In this document: in pieces, positions 37,747-46,017 of the stretch
Numbering within the stretch: position 1 is the first letter of the stretch
Layout of the letters: each line of letters begins with the position of its first letter
Assembly (NCBI RefSeq): GCF_035944705.1
Contig: NZ_DASZAX010000011.1
Source: Mesorhizobium sp.
GTDB lineage: Bacteria; Pseudomonadota; Alphaproteobacteria; Rhizobiales; Rhizobiaceae
Length of the DNA: 64,000 nt
Strand: one strand, 5' to 3'
Translations under genes and position numbers: made by a program
Notes under the pieces: model-generated
What the model was told of the DNA's origin: nothing
Database searches by the model: none
Seen by the model: the letters and a program-made list of their open reading frames with translations, nothing else

Positions 37747-37974
37747 GCGGGGGGCTCCGTCGATGCAGGATGATGGCCCCAACTTACCGTTCAATTTTCC
37801 TGGTGAAACGCCGGCGCGCGGAAAGCTCTGCTTAACCTAAATTTTTCGTAAAATTGTAGAGACCCGCTTCGGGCATGTTCGCAGTGTCGTGCTGGAAGTC
37901 ATGCATTCGAATGTCCTGAAAGGTGGCATCTTCGACATTCAGGACGAGCACAGGTCGTCCTATCTTCAGGTGGT

Positions 37975-37990
37975 CTCCCATCGATGGGAG
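37975..37990. promoter_or_regulatory. 16-bp perfect palindrome just upstream of the SDR gene RBS
   Basis: CTCCCATCGATGGGAG ends 18 nt before ATG 38009. Function unknown. Confidence 0.3.
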
Positions 37991-38008
37991 CATCAAAGGA
38001 GAACGAAG

Positions 38009-38803
38009 ATGACAAGCGAACACAAGGGTACGGCTCTCGTCACCGGCGCATCGTCGGGAATCGGTGCGATCTATGCCGATCGTCTGGCGAGACAGGGCTA
38101 TGACTTGATACTGGTGGCGCGCAATGCCGGCAAATTGCGCAGCCTCGCCGGCGCCATCAGCAACGCCACCAGCCGTTCGGTCGAAGTGTTCCCGGCTGAC
38201 CTGGCCAGTGGCCCGGACCTGAGAAAAGTCGAGAACCTGCTACGCACCGACGCCAGTATCACCGTGCTCATCAACAATGCGGGAATTGGCGCGACCGCGC
38301 CGTTGCTCGCCAGCGATGTCGACGCCATGCAGTCGATGATCGACATCAACGTGACCGCGCCGATGCGGCTGGCCTATGCGGCGGCGCCCGGTTTCGTATC
38401 GCGCGGCAAGGGTACGATCATCAACATCGCTTCGGTCGTCGCCATTTCCCCCGAAACGCTGAACGGCGTCTACGGCGGCAGCAAGGCCTTTATCCTGGCC
38501 TTTTCGCTGTCGCTGCACCACGAGCTCGCCGACAAGGGCATCCGCGTCCAGGCCGTGCTTCCGGGCGCAACCGCGACCGATTTCTGGGCCTTGTCCGGCA
38601 CGCCCGTCGAGCATCTGCCCGCCGAAATCGTCATGTCTGCCGATGCGATGGTCGACGCTGCGCTGGCGGGACTGAAGCTTGGCGAACTGGTCACCATTCC
38701 GTCGCTGCCGGACATTGCCGACTGGCAAGCTTTCGAGGCCGCGCGCAATGCCCTGAGGCCCAAGCTTTCGCTGGGTGCTCCCGCAACACGTTATGCAGCC
38801 TGA
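38009..38803 (+). CDS. Short-chain dehydrogenase/reductase (SDR)
   Basis: TGASSGIGAIYADRLA (TGxxxGxG), NNAG, YGGSKAF (YxxxK). Confidence 0.9.
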   Translation: MTSEHKGTALVTGASSGIGAIYADRLARQGYDLILVARNAGKLRSLAGAISNATSRSVEVFPADLASGPDLRKVENLLRTDASITVLINNAGIGATAPLLASDVDAMQSMIDINVTAPMRLAYAAAPGFVSRGKGTIINIASVVAISPETLNGVYGGSKAFILAFSLSLHHELADKGIRVQAVLPGATATDFWALSGTPVEHLPAEIVMSADAMVDAALAGLKLGELVTIPSLPDIADWQAFEAARNALRPKLSLGAPATRYAA

Positions 38804-38869
38804 TCCCCTGGAGGCGGCGTCCCTCACAGCGATGCCGTCCACGGCAATCTTATTGGAAAGGAAACGACA

Positions 38870-39511
38870 ATGTCCCGGATTCCACATTCCGAAAACCCGT
38901 CGTCCGCAACCGCGCTGAAACTGGAAGTCGTGGTGCTTCCCGTTGCCGATGTCGATCGCGCCAAGGCATTTTACGCCGGTCTCGGTTGGCGGCTCGACGC
39001 TGATTTCGTCAACGGTGACGCCTTCCGTGTCGTGCAGTTCACGCCGCCCGGCTCAAACGCCTCGATCCATTTCGGCAAGGGGCTGACGCCGGCAGCACCC
39101 GGCTCGGCGCAGGGGCTCTATCTCATCGTCAGCGACATCGCGACGGCGCGTGCAAACCTCAAGGCGCATGGCGTCGCGGTGAGCGAAGCGTTCCATCGCG
39201 CCGCTGTCGGTGGACCGGCCTTGCCCGGACGTGACCCAGAGGGACGAAGCTATAACTCCTTCGCCACGTTCAGCGATCCGGATGGCAATGGCTGGATCCT
39301 CCAGGAGATCACCGCGCGGTTGCCGGGACGCGTCGAGCCGGACGTCACCGCCTACGGTTCGGTGGCCGACCTGATGGCGGCACTTCGGCGCGCGGCAGAG
39401 GCGCATGGCGAACACGAGAAGCGCAACGGCGGCCAGCACGACTTCAACTGGCCCGACTGGTATGCCGCCTACATGGTGGCGGAAAAAGCCGGTTCGGAAC
39501 TGCCGCTTTGA
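38870..39511 (+). CDS. VOC/glyoxalase-family protein
   Basis: LKLEVVVLPVADVDRAKAFYAGLGW...FSDPDGNGWILQE. Confidence 0.8.
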   Translation: MSRIPHSENPSSATALKLEVVVLPVADVDRAKAFYAGLGWRLDADFVNGDAFRVVQFTPPGSNASIHFGKGLTPAAPGSAQGLYLIVSDIATARANLKAHGVAVSEAFHRAAVGGPALPGRDPEGRSYNSFATFSDPDGNGWILQEITARLPGRVEPDVTAYGSVADLMAALRRAAEAHGEHEKRNGGQHDFNWPDWYAAYMVAEKAGSELPL

Positions 39512-39583
39512 CGGCGAGATGGAAAGTGTCCTGAATCTCGGCTATTCCACTTTCTGCGCCATAGATCCCGAAGGAGTGCGCGG

Positions 39584-40531
39584 ATGCTGCGGATCGGTTT
39601 CGTCCTGACGCCCGGCTTCCAGATGATGAGCCTTGCCGCCGCTTCGGCGTTCGAGTTCGCCAATCTGGTTACCGGCGAGAAGGTCTATGACATGGAGATC
39701 CTGTCGGAGACGGGCGGCCTGTTGAGCAATTCGTTCGGCATCCCGATCGAGACGCGCAAGCTGCACCTGTCTGGTTATGACACGCTGATCTTCGGAACCG
39801 GGATCGTCATCGACCAGCCGGCTCCCGCCATCGTGGCGTTTGCCCGCAAGGCGTTCAAGTCGACGCGCCGCATCGCCTCGATCTGCATGGGCGCCGCCAT
39901 TCTCGCGGAGGCAGGCCTTCTCGACGGCCGGCGGGCAACCACGCACTGGCTTGTCGCCAGCAAGCTGCAGGCGCGTTACCCAAGCGTGCGCATGGAAGAG
40001 GACCGCATCTTCATCGTCGACGGTTCGGTCTGGACTTCGGCCGGGATGAGCGCGGGCGTCGATATGGCGCTCGGTATGATCGAGAAGGATCTCGGTGCGG
40101 ATCTGGCGCGGGCGGTGGCGCAGCGGCTGGTGCTCTATCACCGCCGTGCCGGTGGCCAGTCGCAGCATTCCGAGCTGCTGGCGCTCGATCCCAAGTCCGA
40201 TCGCATCCAGAAGGCGCTGGCCTATGCAAGGACCAACTTGCGCTCGGCGCTTTCGGTGGAGGAGCTCGCTGGAGCTGCCCATCTGAGCCCGCGGCAGTTC
40301 AGCCGCGCCTTCCGCGCCGAGACGGGGCAGACGCCGGCCAAGGCGGTGGAGAACCTGCGGCTCGAAACGGCGCGCGTGATGATGGAGCAGAGCCGGCATC
40401 CGATCGAGGTGGTCGCCGCTGAGACCGGTTTCGCCGATCGCGAACGCATGCGGCGCGCCTTCATCCGTGCCTTCGGACAGCCGCCAATGGCGATCCGGCG
40501 CAGCGCGCGGGAATCGTCGCTGGCAAGCTGA
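39584..40531 (+). CDS. GlxA-family regulator (DJ-1/PfpI domain + AraC HTH)
   Basis: MLRIGFVLTPGFQMMSL...ICMGAAILAEAGLLDGRRATTHW... C-terminal ...ETGFADRERMRRAFIRAFGQPP. Confidence 0.85.
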   Translation: MLRIGFVLTPGFQMMSLAAASAFEFANLVTGEKVYDMEILSETGGLLSNSFGIPIETRKLHLSGYDTLIFGTGIVIDQPAPAIVAFARKAFKSTRRIASICMGAAILAEAGLLDGRRATTHWLVASKLQARYPSVRMEEDRIFIVDGSVWTSAGMSAGVDMALGMIEKDLGADLARAVAQRLVLYHRRAGGQSQHSELLALDPKSDRIQKALAYARTNLRSALSVEELAGAAHLSPRQFSRAFRAETGQTPAKAVENLRLETARVMMEQSRHPIEVVAAETGFADRERMRRAFIRAFGQPPMAIRRSARESSLAS

Positions 40532-40534
40532 CGC

Positions 40535-40639
40535 TTAAAGCTATTTCGGTTTTCTTCGAATCACCGGAACTGCTCTAACTCTTTATTTTTACGCAATTCC
40601 GGACGCAAGACCGCGTACACTTTTGCTGGAGTTGCTCTG
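40535..40639 (+). repeat. Intergenic repeat, copy A
   Basis: The core ...GCTCTAACTCTTTATTTTTACGCAATTCCGGACGCAAGACCGCGTACACTTTTGCTGGAGTTGCTC recurs at 42.1 kb (+) and 60.8 kb (-). Confidence 0.8.
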
Positions 40640-41011
40640 ATGGAATACTCAGAAGCCTTCAGGAGGGACAAGCGCATTTCCAGCTATTGGTACATCTCGA
40701 TCCTGCCTCCACACGCGCGGAACACACTTTCCGAAACAGGCCCGTTGATAGGATTTCTCCAGGGGCAGCCTGAACTCAGGCAGACGGGCGCCGTCTGTTT
40801 TGGCGGCGCGGATGGCCGGCCATGGCTCAGCATAACGATCGTGAACGCGACGGCGGCTGGCGACTGGGCCAGTGACGGCGCATACATCGCTCAATTCAAT
40901 AGGGTCGAAATGGTCTGCTCCGATTTTGACCGGCGAGATTTCTATGAGCAGATCTCAACGAGAATAGCCGAGTTCCTTCAGTGGGAGATCGCGATCGAAA
41001 GTGATGAATAG
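40640..41011 (+). CDS. Hypothetical acidic protein (123 aa), atypical codon usage
   Basis: The ORF starts at the last base pair of repeat A with no SD. GC3 is clearly lower than in its neighbours, with rare AGA/AGG/ATA codons. No family recognised. Confidence 0.4.
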   Translation: MEYSEAFRRDKRISSYWYISILPPHARNTLSETGPLIGFLQGQPELRQTGAVCFGGADGRPWLSITIVNATAAGDWASDGAYIAQFNRVEMVCSDFDRRDFYEQISTRIAEFLQWEIAIESDE

Positions 41012-41044
41012 CCGATCGCTCTCTGCGCGGCGGCTGGCGCGAAC

Positions 41045-42085
41045 CTATGCGAACTGCAGGTTTTCCTTGAGCAGGACCTCGATGCGGATGCGCTCCTGCG
41101 AGGCCAGAAGCTCGCGGTGGTCGGAACGGGCGCGCATGATGCGCAGCGCGCTGCGCACCGCATGGCCGGGGTCCTGCGCGATAACCGCGTCGATGCGCTC
41201 GTCCAGCAGCGCCTGTTCGCTGAAGGGCGTGCGCTCATGCGCAACGATGGTCAGTGGCCGGGTGTCCTGCGCGTTCCAGACGGCGGTCAGCGGAATCCGC
41301 GCTTCGGAGCTCAGCACATAGACGGCGACCGTATCAGGATTGTGCTGCAGGGTGCGCTGGATGATGAGTTCGGCGCGTCTTTCGTCGGCGTAGGTTTCCA
41401 GCGACGGCAGGCATTGGAGTTGCGGAAACCGGGCATTGATGATGCTGTCGAAGCCGAGGCGACGCTGGATGCTGTCCAGCGCCATCATGGTTTCGGAGAC
41501 GACGACGATCTTGCCGCGCCGTTCGCCGATGAAGCGGCCGACGATCTTGCCGGCGGTGGCGCCGGCGGCGAAATTGTCGACACCGACATAGTCGGCACTT
41601 TCCAGCCGTTCCTGGCCCGACAGGAACTGCACCACCTTGACGCCGCGTTCCACCAGCCGCAGCAGAGCGTCGCGGACCTGCGGCGATTCCGGCGCCATCA
41701 CTGCGACGCCGTCCAGCTCGTCATGATCGATGCCAGTGAGGTATTTCGCGACAGGGTGCGGGTCGTTCATCGCGATCCGGGCTACCTCGACCTCGGTGGA
41801 ATCGCCGCGCGCCGCTTCGCGGGCTTCGCCAACCCGGGCGATCATCTCGGACAGGTACTGGTCGCCGGACGTCGGCAGCACGAAGCGGAAGCGGTAGGTC
41901 TTGTTGCGTGCCAGCGCCACGGCGGCGGGGTTGCGCACGAAGCCTATGCGTTCGATCGCCTCGGCCACGCTTTTCGCCGCCTTTGGGCTGACATTGGGGC
42001 GCTCGTTGAGCACGCGGTCGATGGTGGCGAGACTCACGCCCGCGGCTTCTGCCAGGTCTTTTGCGGTTGGCCGCACGCTTGTCAT
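41045..42085 (-). CDS. LacI-family transcriptional regulator
   Basis: N-terminal HTH (AKDLAEAAGVSLATIDRVLNERPNVSPK) plus a periplasmic-binding-like core. Divergent from the ABC operon. Confidence 0.9.
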   Translation of the reverse strand: MTSVRPTAKDLAEAAGVSLATIDRVLNERPNVSPKAAKSVAEAIERIGFVRNPAAVALARNKTYRFRFVLPTSGDQYLSEMIARVGEAREAARGDSTEVEVARIAMNDPHPVAKYLTGIDHDELDGVAVMAPESPQVRDALLRLVERGVKVVQFLSGQERLESADYVGVDNFAAGATAGKIVGRFIGERRGKIVVVSETMMALDSIQRRLGFDSIINARFPQLQCLPSLETYADERRAELIIQRTLQHNPDTVAVYVLSSEARIPLTAVWNAQDTRPLTIVAHERTPFSEQALLDERIDAVIAQDPGHAVRSALRIMRARSDHRELLASQERIRIEVLLKENLQFA

Positions 42086-42091
42086 CCCGCC

Positions 42092-42196
42092 TTTCCGCTA
42101 GAGCCTTTTCGTTTCAACGGAAACGCGGAAATGCTCTAACTCTTTGTTTTCGCGCAATTCCGGACGCAAAACCGCTCGCACTTGCTGAAATTGCCT
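42092..42196 (+). repeat. Intergenic repeat, copy B
   Basis: TAGAGCC...CGTTTCaacGGAAACG...TGCTCTAACTCTTTGTTTTCGCGCAATTCCGGACGCAAAACCGCTCGCACTTGCTGAAATTGC. Confidence 0.8.
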
Positions 42197-42235
42197 AGCC
42201 GGATTTCTCCAACAAAAGTAGATGAAAAGCAAGAA

Positions 42236-42283
42236 TTGAGGTGCGCACCTCAAAATTTGCTTGCTTTGAGGTGCGCACCTCAA
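42236..42283. promoter_or_regulatory. Two identical 18-bp perfect palindromes (candidate LacI-type operators)
   Basis: TTGAGGTGCGCACCTCAA at 42236-42253 and again at 42266-42283, exactly 30 bp centre to centre, between the LacI gene and the ABC operon. Confidence 0.55.
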
Positions 42284-42429
42284 TTATGACTCTCGCAGTG
42301 GCAGGCCGGGAGGATCGGTGTGGACCACAGCGGAGGAGTGAGGCCGGGAAGGTCGTTCCGCGTCAGGTGCCCTGAATAGGGTGTTTTCTTCCGATGGAGG
42401 TCGGAAGCAGGGGACGGGAGGCCCCAGCC

Positions 42430-43764
42430 ATGAAATCTCGCTATGTCACATCATTGGCCGCCCTGGGTGCGCTTCTGGCCGCCGGGGCCGCCGGCACGAG
42501 CCAGGCGCACGCAAAGGACCTGACTTTGTGCTGGGCCGCCTGGGATCCGGCGAATGCGCTCGTCGAGCTCAGCAAGGACTTCGAGGCCAAGAGCGGCGTC
42601 AAGATGAAGTTCGAGTTCGTGCCCTGGCCGAACTTCGCCGACCGCATGCTCAACGAACTGAATTCCGGCGGCAAGCTGTGCGACCTGATGATCGGCGACA
42701 GCCAGTGGATCGGTGGCGCCGCCGAGAATGGTCAATACGTCAAGCTCAATGATTTCTTCGACAAGGAAGGAATCAAGATGGACGACTTCATTCCGGCGAC
42801 CGTCGTCGGCTATGCGGAATGGCCGAAGAATTCGCCGAATTACTGGGCGCTGCCGGCCTTCGGCGACGTCGTCGGCTGGAGCTATCGCAAGGACTGGTTC
42901 GCCCGCCCCGAACTGCAGGCCGAGTTCAAGCAGAAATACGGCCGCGACCTTGCTGTGCCGAAGACCTTCGCTGAATTGAAGGACATCGCCGAATTCTTCC
43001 AGAAGCGCCAGATCGACGGCAAGACGGTCTATGGCGCGGCGATCTACACCGAGCGCGGCTCCGAAGGCATCACCATGGGCGTCATGGATGTGCTCTACTC
43101 GTTCGGCTTCCAGTACGAGAACCCCGCCAAGCCCTACGATCTGCAAGGCTACGTCAACTCCGCCAAGTCGGTTAAGGGCCTCGAATTCTACAAGCAGCTC
43201 TATGACTGCTGCACGCCGCCCGGTCATTCCGATGCCTACATGTCCGAGGACATCGACGCCTACAAATCGGGCCAGGTTGCCCTGCACATGAATTTCGCCT
43301 TCACCTGGCCAGGCATCAATGCCGACGCCAATGTCGGCGGCGACAAGTCAGGCTATTTCCCGAACCCCGCTGGCCCGGACGGTGTCGCCTTCGCCCAGCT
43401 TGGCGGCCAGGGCATTTCTGTGGTCTCTGCCTCGGAAAAGAAGGACGATGCGCTGGCCTACATCAAGTGGTTCGCCCAGCCCGAGGTTCAGCAGAAATGG
43501 TGGCAGATGGGCGGCTATTCGGCGCTGCGCAAGGTGGTCGAGGATCCGGGCTTCGCCACCAGCCAGCCCTATGCGCAGACCTTCCTAGACTCCATGGCAA
43601 TCGTAAAGGATTTCTGGGCCGAGCCGTCCTATGCCTCGCTGCTGCAGGCGGCGCAGAAGCGCTTCCACGACTATGTCGTCGCCGGCCAGGGTTCCGCCCA
43701 GGATGCGCTCGACGGCCTCGTCAAGGACTGGACGCAGGTCTTCGACGACGAAGGCAAGTACTGA
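42430..43764 (+). CDS. Sugar/polyol ABC transporter substrate-binding protein (SBP family 1)
   Basis: Signal peptide MKSRYVTSLAALGALLAAGAAGTSQAHA. 444 aa. Confidence 0.9.
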   Translation: MKSRYVTSLAALGALLAAGAAGTSQAHAKDLTLCWAAWDPANALVELSKDFEAKSGVKMKFEFVPWPNFADRMLNELNSGGKLCDLMIGDSQWIGGAAENGQYVKLNDFFDKEGIKMDDFIPATVVGYAEWPKNSPNYWALPAFGDVVGWSYRKDWFARPELQAEFKQKYGRDLAVPKTFAELKDIAEFFQKRQIDGKTVYGAAIYTERGSEGITMGVMDVLYSFGFQYENPAKPYDLQGYVNSAKSVKGLEFYKQLYDCCTPPGHSDAYMSEDIDAYKSGQVALHMNFAFTWPGINADANVGGDKSGYFPNPAGPDGVAFAQLGGQGISVVSASEKKDDALAYIKWFAQPEVQQKWWQMGGYSALRKVVEDPGFATSQPYAQTFLDSMAIVKDFWAEPSYASLLQAAQKRFHDYVVAGQGSAQDALDGLVKDWTQVFDDEGKY

Positions 43765-43942
43765 CCGCCGCTGGACTACCAGGCGCCCTTTCATACGCAA
43801 GGGGCGCTCCACCACCGTGACCCGGCGCATGGCCCTTCCGACGGTCCATGCCGATTTTCAGGGCCATGTGTCAGCTCTGGCCCGCCGCCACGCGGCGGGT
43901 CATGATGCGGCCGTCCCGCAGTTGCCAAGCAGGGGAAGATCA

Positions 43943-44890
43943 ATGTTGCAATCATCGGTCGATCGCGTCGCCGCGGCGACGCCGCGCGCCATAACCAGGC
44001 GCGTGCACGGCCTGTCCGACCGGGCACTCGCCTGGCTGTTCGTCGCGCCGTCGATCGTGCTCTTGCTGGCGGTCAACATCTTTCCACTGATCTGGACGAT
44101 CCGGCTGAGCTTCACCAACTTCCGGGTCAACCGCCCCAATGCCGAGGTCGAGTTCATCGGCCTCAAGAATTATCTGAACATCCTGTCCGATCGCGACATC
44201 TGGCTGACCATGCAGGCGACGGCGCATTTCCTGATCTGGACGATCGTGCTGCAGGTGCTGATCGGCTTCACGCTCGCCTATCTGATCAACAAGAAGTTCC
44301 GCGGTAACGATCTCTGGACGACGATCATCGTGCTGCCGATGATGCTGAGCCCGGCGGTGGTCGGCAATTTCTGGACCTTCCTCTACCAGCCGCAGATCGG
44401 CCTGTTCAATTATGCGGTCGGTTTCCTGACTGGCGCCGACCCGTCCTCCTTCTCGATGATCGGCGACGTGTCGCTGGCGCCATGGGCGATCATCATCGTC
44501 GATACCTGGATGTGGACGCCGTTCGTGATGCTGATCTGCCTCGCCGGCCTGCGCTCCATTCCGGCCAGCATCTATGAGGCAGCCGAATGCGACCGCGCCT
44601 CGAAATGGCGGCAGTTCTGGACCATCACCATTCCGCTGGTGCTGCCCTTCCTGATGCTGGCCGTGCTGTTCCGCGGCATCGAGAACTTCAAGATGTTCGA
44701 CCTCGTCGTGCAGCTCACCGGCGGCGGGCCGGGTTCGGTTACCGAACTCACCTCGATCAACCTGAAGCGCGAAGCCTTCGAGAAGTGGCGAACCGGCTAT
44801 GCCTCCGCCTACGCCGTCATCCTCTTCGTGACCGTCTTCGGCCTGGCCTCGATCTACGTCAAAGCCCTGAACAAGGTGAAACAGCGATGA
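43943..44890 (+). CDS. Carbohydrate ABC permease (MalF/UgpA type)
   Basis: ATG 43943. ...ALAWLFVAPSIVLLLAVNIFPLIWTIRLSF... EAA region ...YEAAECDRASKWRQFWTITIPLV. Confidence 0.9.
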   Translation: MLQSSVDRVAAATPRAITRRVHGLSDRALAWLFVAPSIVLLLAVNIFPLIWTIRLSFTNFRVNRPNAEVEFIGLKNYLNILSDRDIWLTMQATAHFLIWTIVLQVLIGFTLAYLINKKFRGNDLWTTIIVLPMMLSPAVVGNFWTFLYQPQIGLFNYAVGFLTGADPSSFSMIGDVSLAPWAIIIVDTWMWTPFVMLICLAGLRSIPASIYEAAECDRASKWRQFWTITIPLVLPFLMLAVLFRGIENFKMFDLVVQLTGGGPGSVTELTSINLKREAFEKWRTGYASAYAVILFVTVFGLASIYVKALNKVKQR

Positions 44891-45828
44891 GCAGCTATTC
44901 CGTCACCGAGCCGTCGCTGCGGCAGAAATGGTGCGCCGGGGTCCTGGTCGTGCTCTATGCGCTGATCACCATCCTGCCGCTGTTCTGGATCATCGCGACG
45001 AGTTTCAAGTCGCCGTCCGACGCCATCGCCTATCCACCCAAGACCTTCTTTACACCGACTGTCGAAGGTTACGTCAACGTCTTCACCACGCGCACCCGCC
45101 TGACCGAGGAGCAGCTGCAGGCGGTTGGCGAGCCGCAGACCTGGTACGACAGGCTGGTGCGCAAGGACGGCCTCGTCATTTCCGGGCCGTCGCGTTTTGC
45201 CGAACGCTTCACCAATTCGGTGATCATCGGCTTCGGCTCGACCGTGCTGTGCATCGTGCTGGGTACCGCTGCGGCCTATGCCTTCTCGCGCTTCAAGGTG
45301 CCGCTCAAGGATGACCTGCTGTTCTTCATCTTGTCGACGCGCATGATGCCGCCGATCGCGGTCGCCATCCCGATCTTCCTGATGTTCCGCGCGCTCGGGC
45401 TCAGCGACACCCATGCCGGCATGATCCTGCTCTACACGGCGGTCAACCTCTCGCTCTCGGTCTGGCTGCTCAAGGGCTTTATCGACGAGATCCCGATCGA
45501 ATATGAGGAGGCGGCGCTGATCGACGGCTACACGCGCTTCCAGGCCTTCTACAAGGTCGTGCTGCCGCAGGCGGCCACCGGCATCGCGTCGACGGCGATC
45601 TTCTGCCTGATCTTCGCCTGGAATGAATATGCCTTCGCGGTATTGCTGACTTCCGGCAATGCGCAGACCGCGCCGCCCTTCATTCCGACCATCATCGGCG
45701 TCAGCGGCCAGGACTGGCCGGCCGTCGCCGCAGGCGCGACCCTGTTCCTGGTGCCGGTCATGGTCTTCACCATTCTCCTGCGCAAGCACCTGCTGCGCGG
45801 CATCACCTTCGGAGCGGTCCGCAAATGA
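44887..45828 (+). CDS. Carbohydrate ABC permease (MalG/UgpE type)
   Basis: ATGA overlap with the previous gene. ...EEAALIDGYTRFQAFYKVVLPQA... EAA loop. Confidence 0.9.
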   Translation: MSSYSVTEPSLRQKWCAGVLVVLYALITILPLFWIIATSFKSPSDAIAYPPKTFFTPTVEGYVNVFTTRTRLTEEQLQAVGEPQTWYDRLVRKDGLVISGPSRFAERFTNSVIIGFGSTVLCIVLGTAAAYAFSRFKVPLKDDLLFFILSTRMMPPIAVAIPIFLMFRALGLSDTHAGMILLYTAVNLSLSVWLLKGFIDEIPIEYEEAALIDGYTRFQAFYKVVLPQAATGIASTAIFCLIFAWNEYAFAVLLTSGNAQTAPPFIPTIIGVSGQDWPAVAAGATLFLVPVMVFTILLRKHLLRGITFGAVRK

Positions 45829-46013
45829 GTAGCTTCTTCGACGGATTGTTCCATCTCAGGCGAGGGGCCTGGGAGATGCTGGCGTCGGTGCTGATCGCCG
45901 CCGGGGTCGTCATGCTGATGCAGCCCTTCGTGCTGGCGCTCTATTCGTGGTCCTTCATCGTCACCCTCGTCGGCACGGTGATGTTCATCATCGTCAGCCA
46001 TTTCCCGGAGTAG
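45825..46013 (+). CDS. Small two-TM membrane protein embedded in the ABC operon (62 aa)
   Basis: ATGA overlap with the permease stop. It ends 4 nt before the ATPase start. Sequence: MSSFFDGLFHLRRGAWEMLASVLIAAGVVMLMQPFVLALYSWSFIVTLVGTVMFIIVSHFPE. Confidence 0.6.
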   Translation: MSSFFDGLFHLRRGAWEMLASVLIAAGVVMLMQPFVLALYSWSFIVTLVGTVMFIIVSHFPE

Positions 46014-46017
46014 GCCG

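Noticed and set aside
42098-42283. 61-aa minus-strand ORF (MRCAPQSKQILRCAPQ...)
   Set aside because: An artefact of reading through the duplicated 18-bp palindrome and repeat B. The internally repeated peptide reflects the DNA repeat.
42236-42283. Twin palindromes and the (GGCAGTC)x5 tract at 57811-57845, considered as CRISPR-like arrays
   Set aside because: There are only two 18-bp units with a 12-bp spacer, and a 7-nt microsatellite with no spacers. No cas genes are present. Neither fits CRISPR architecture.
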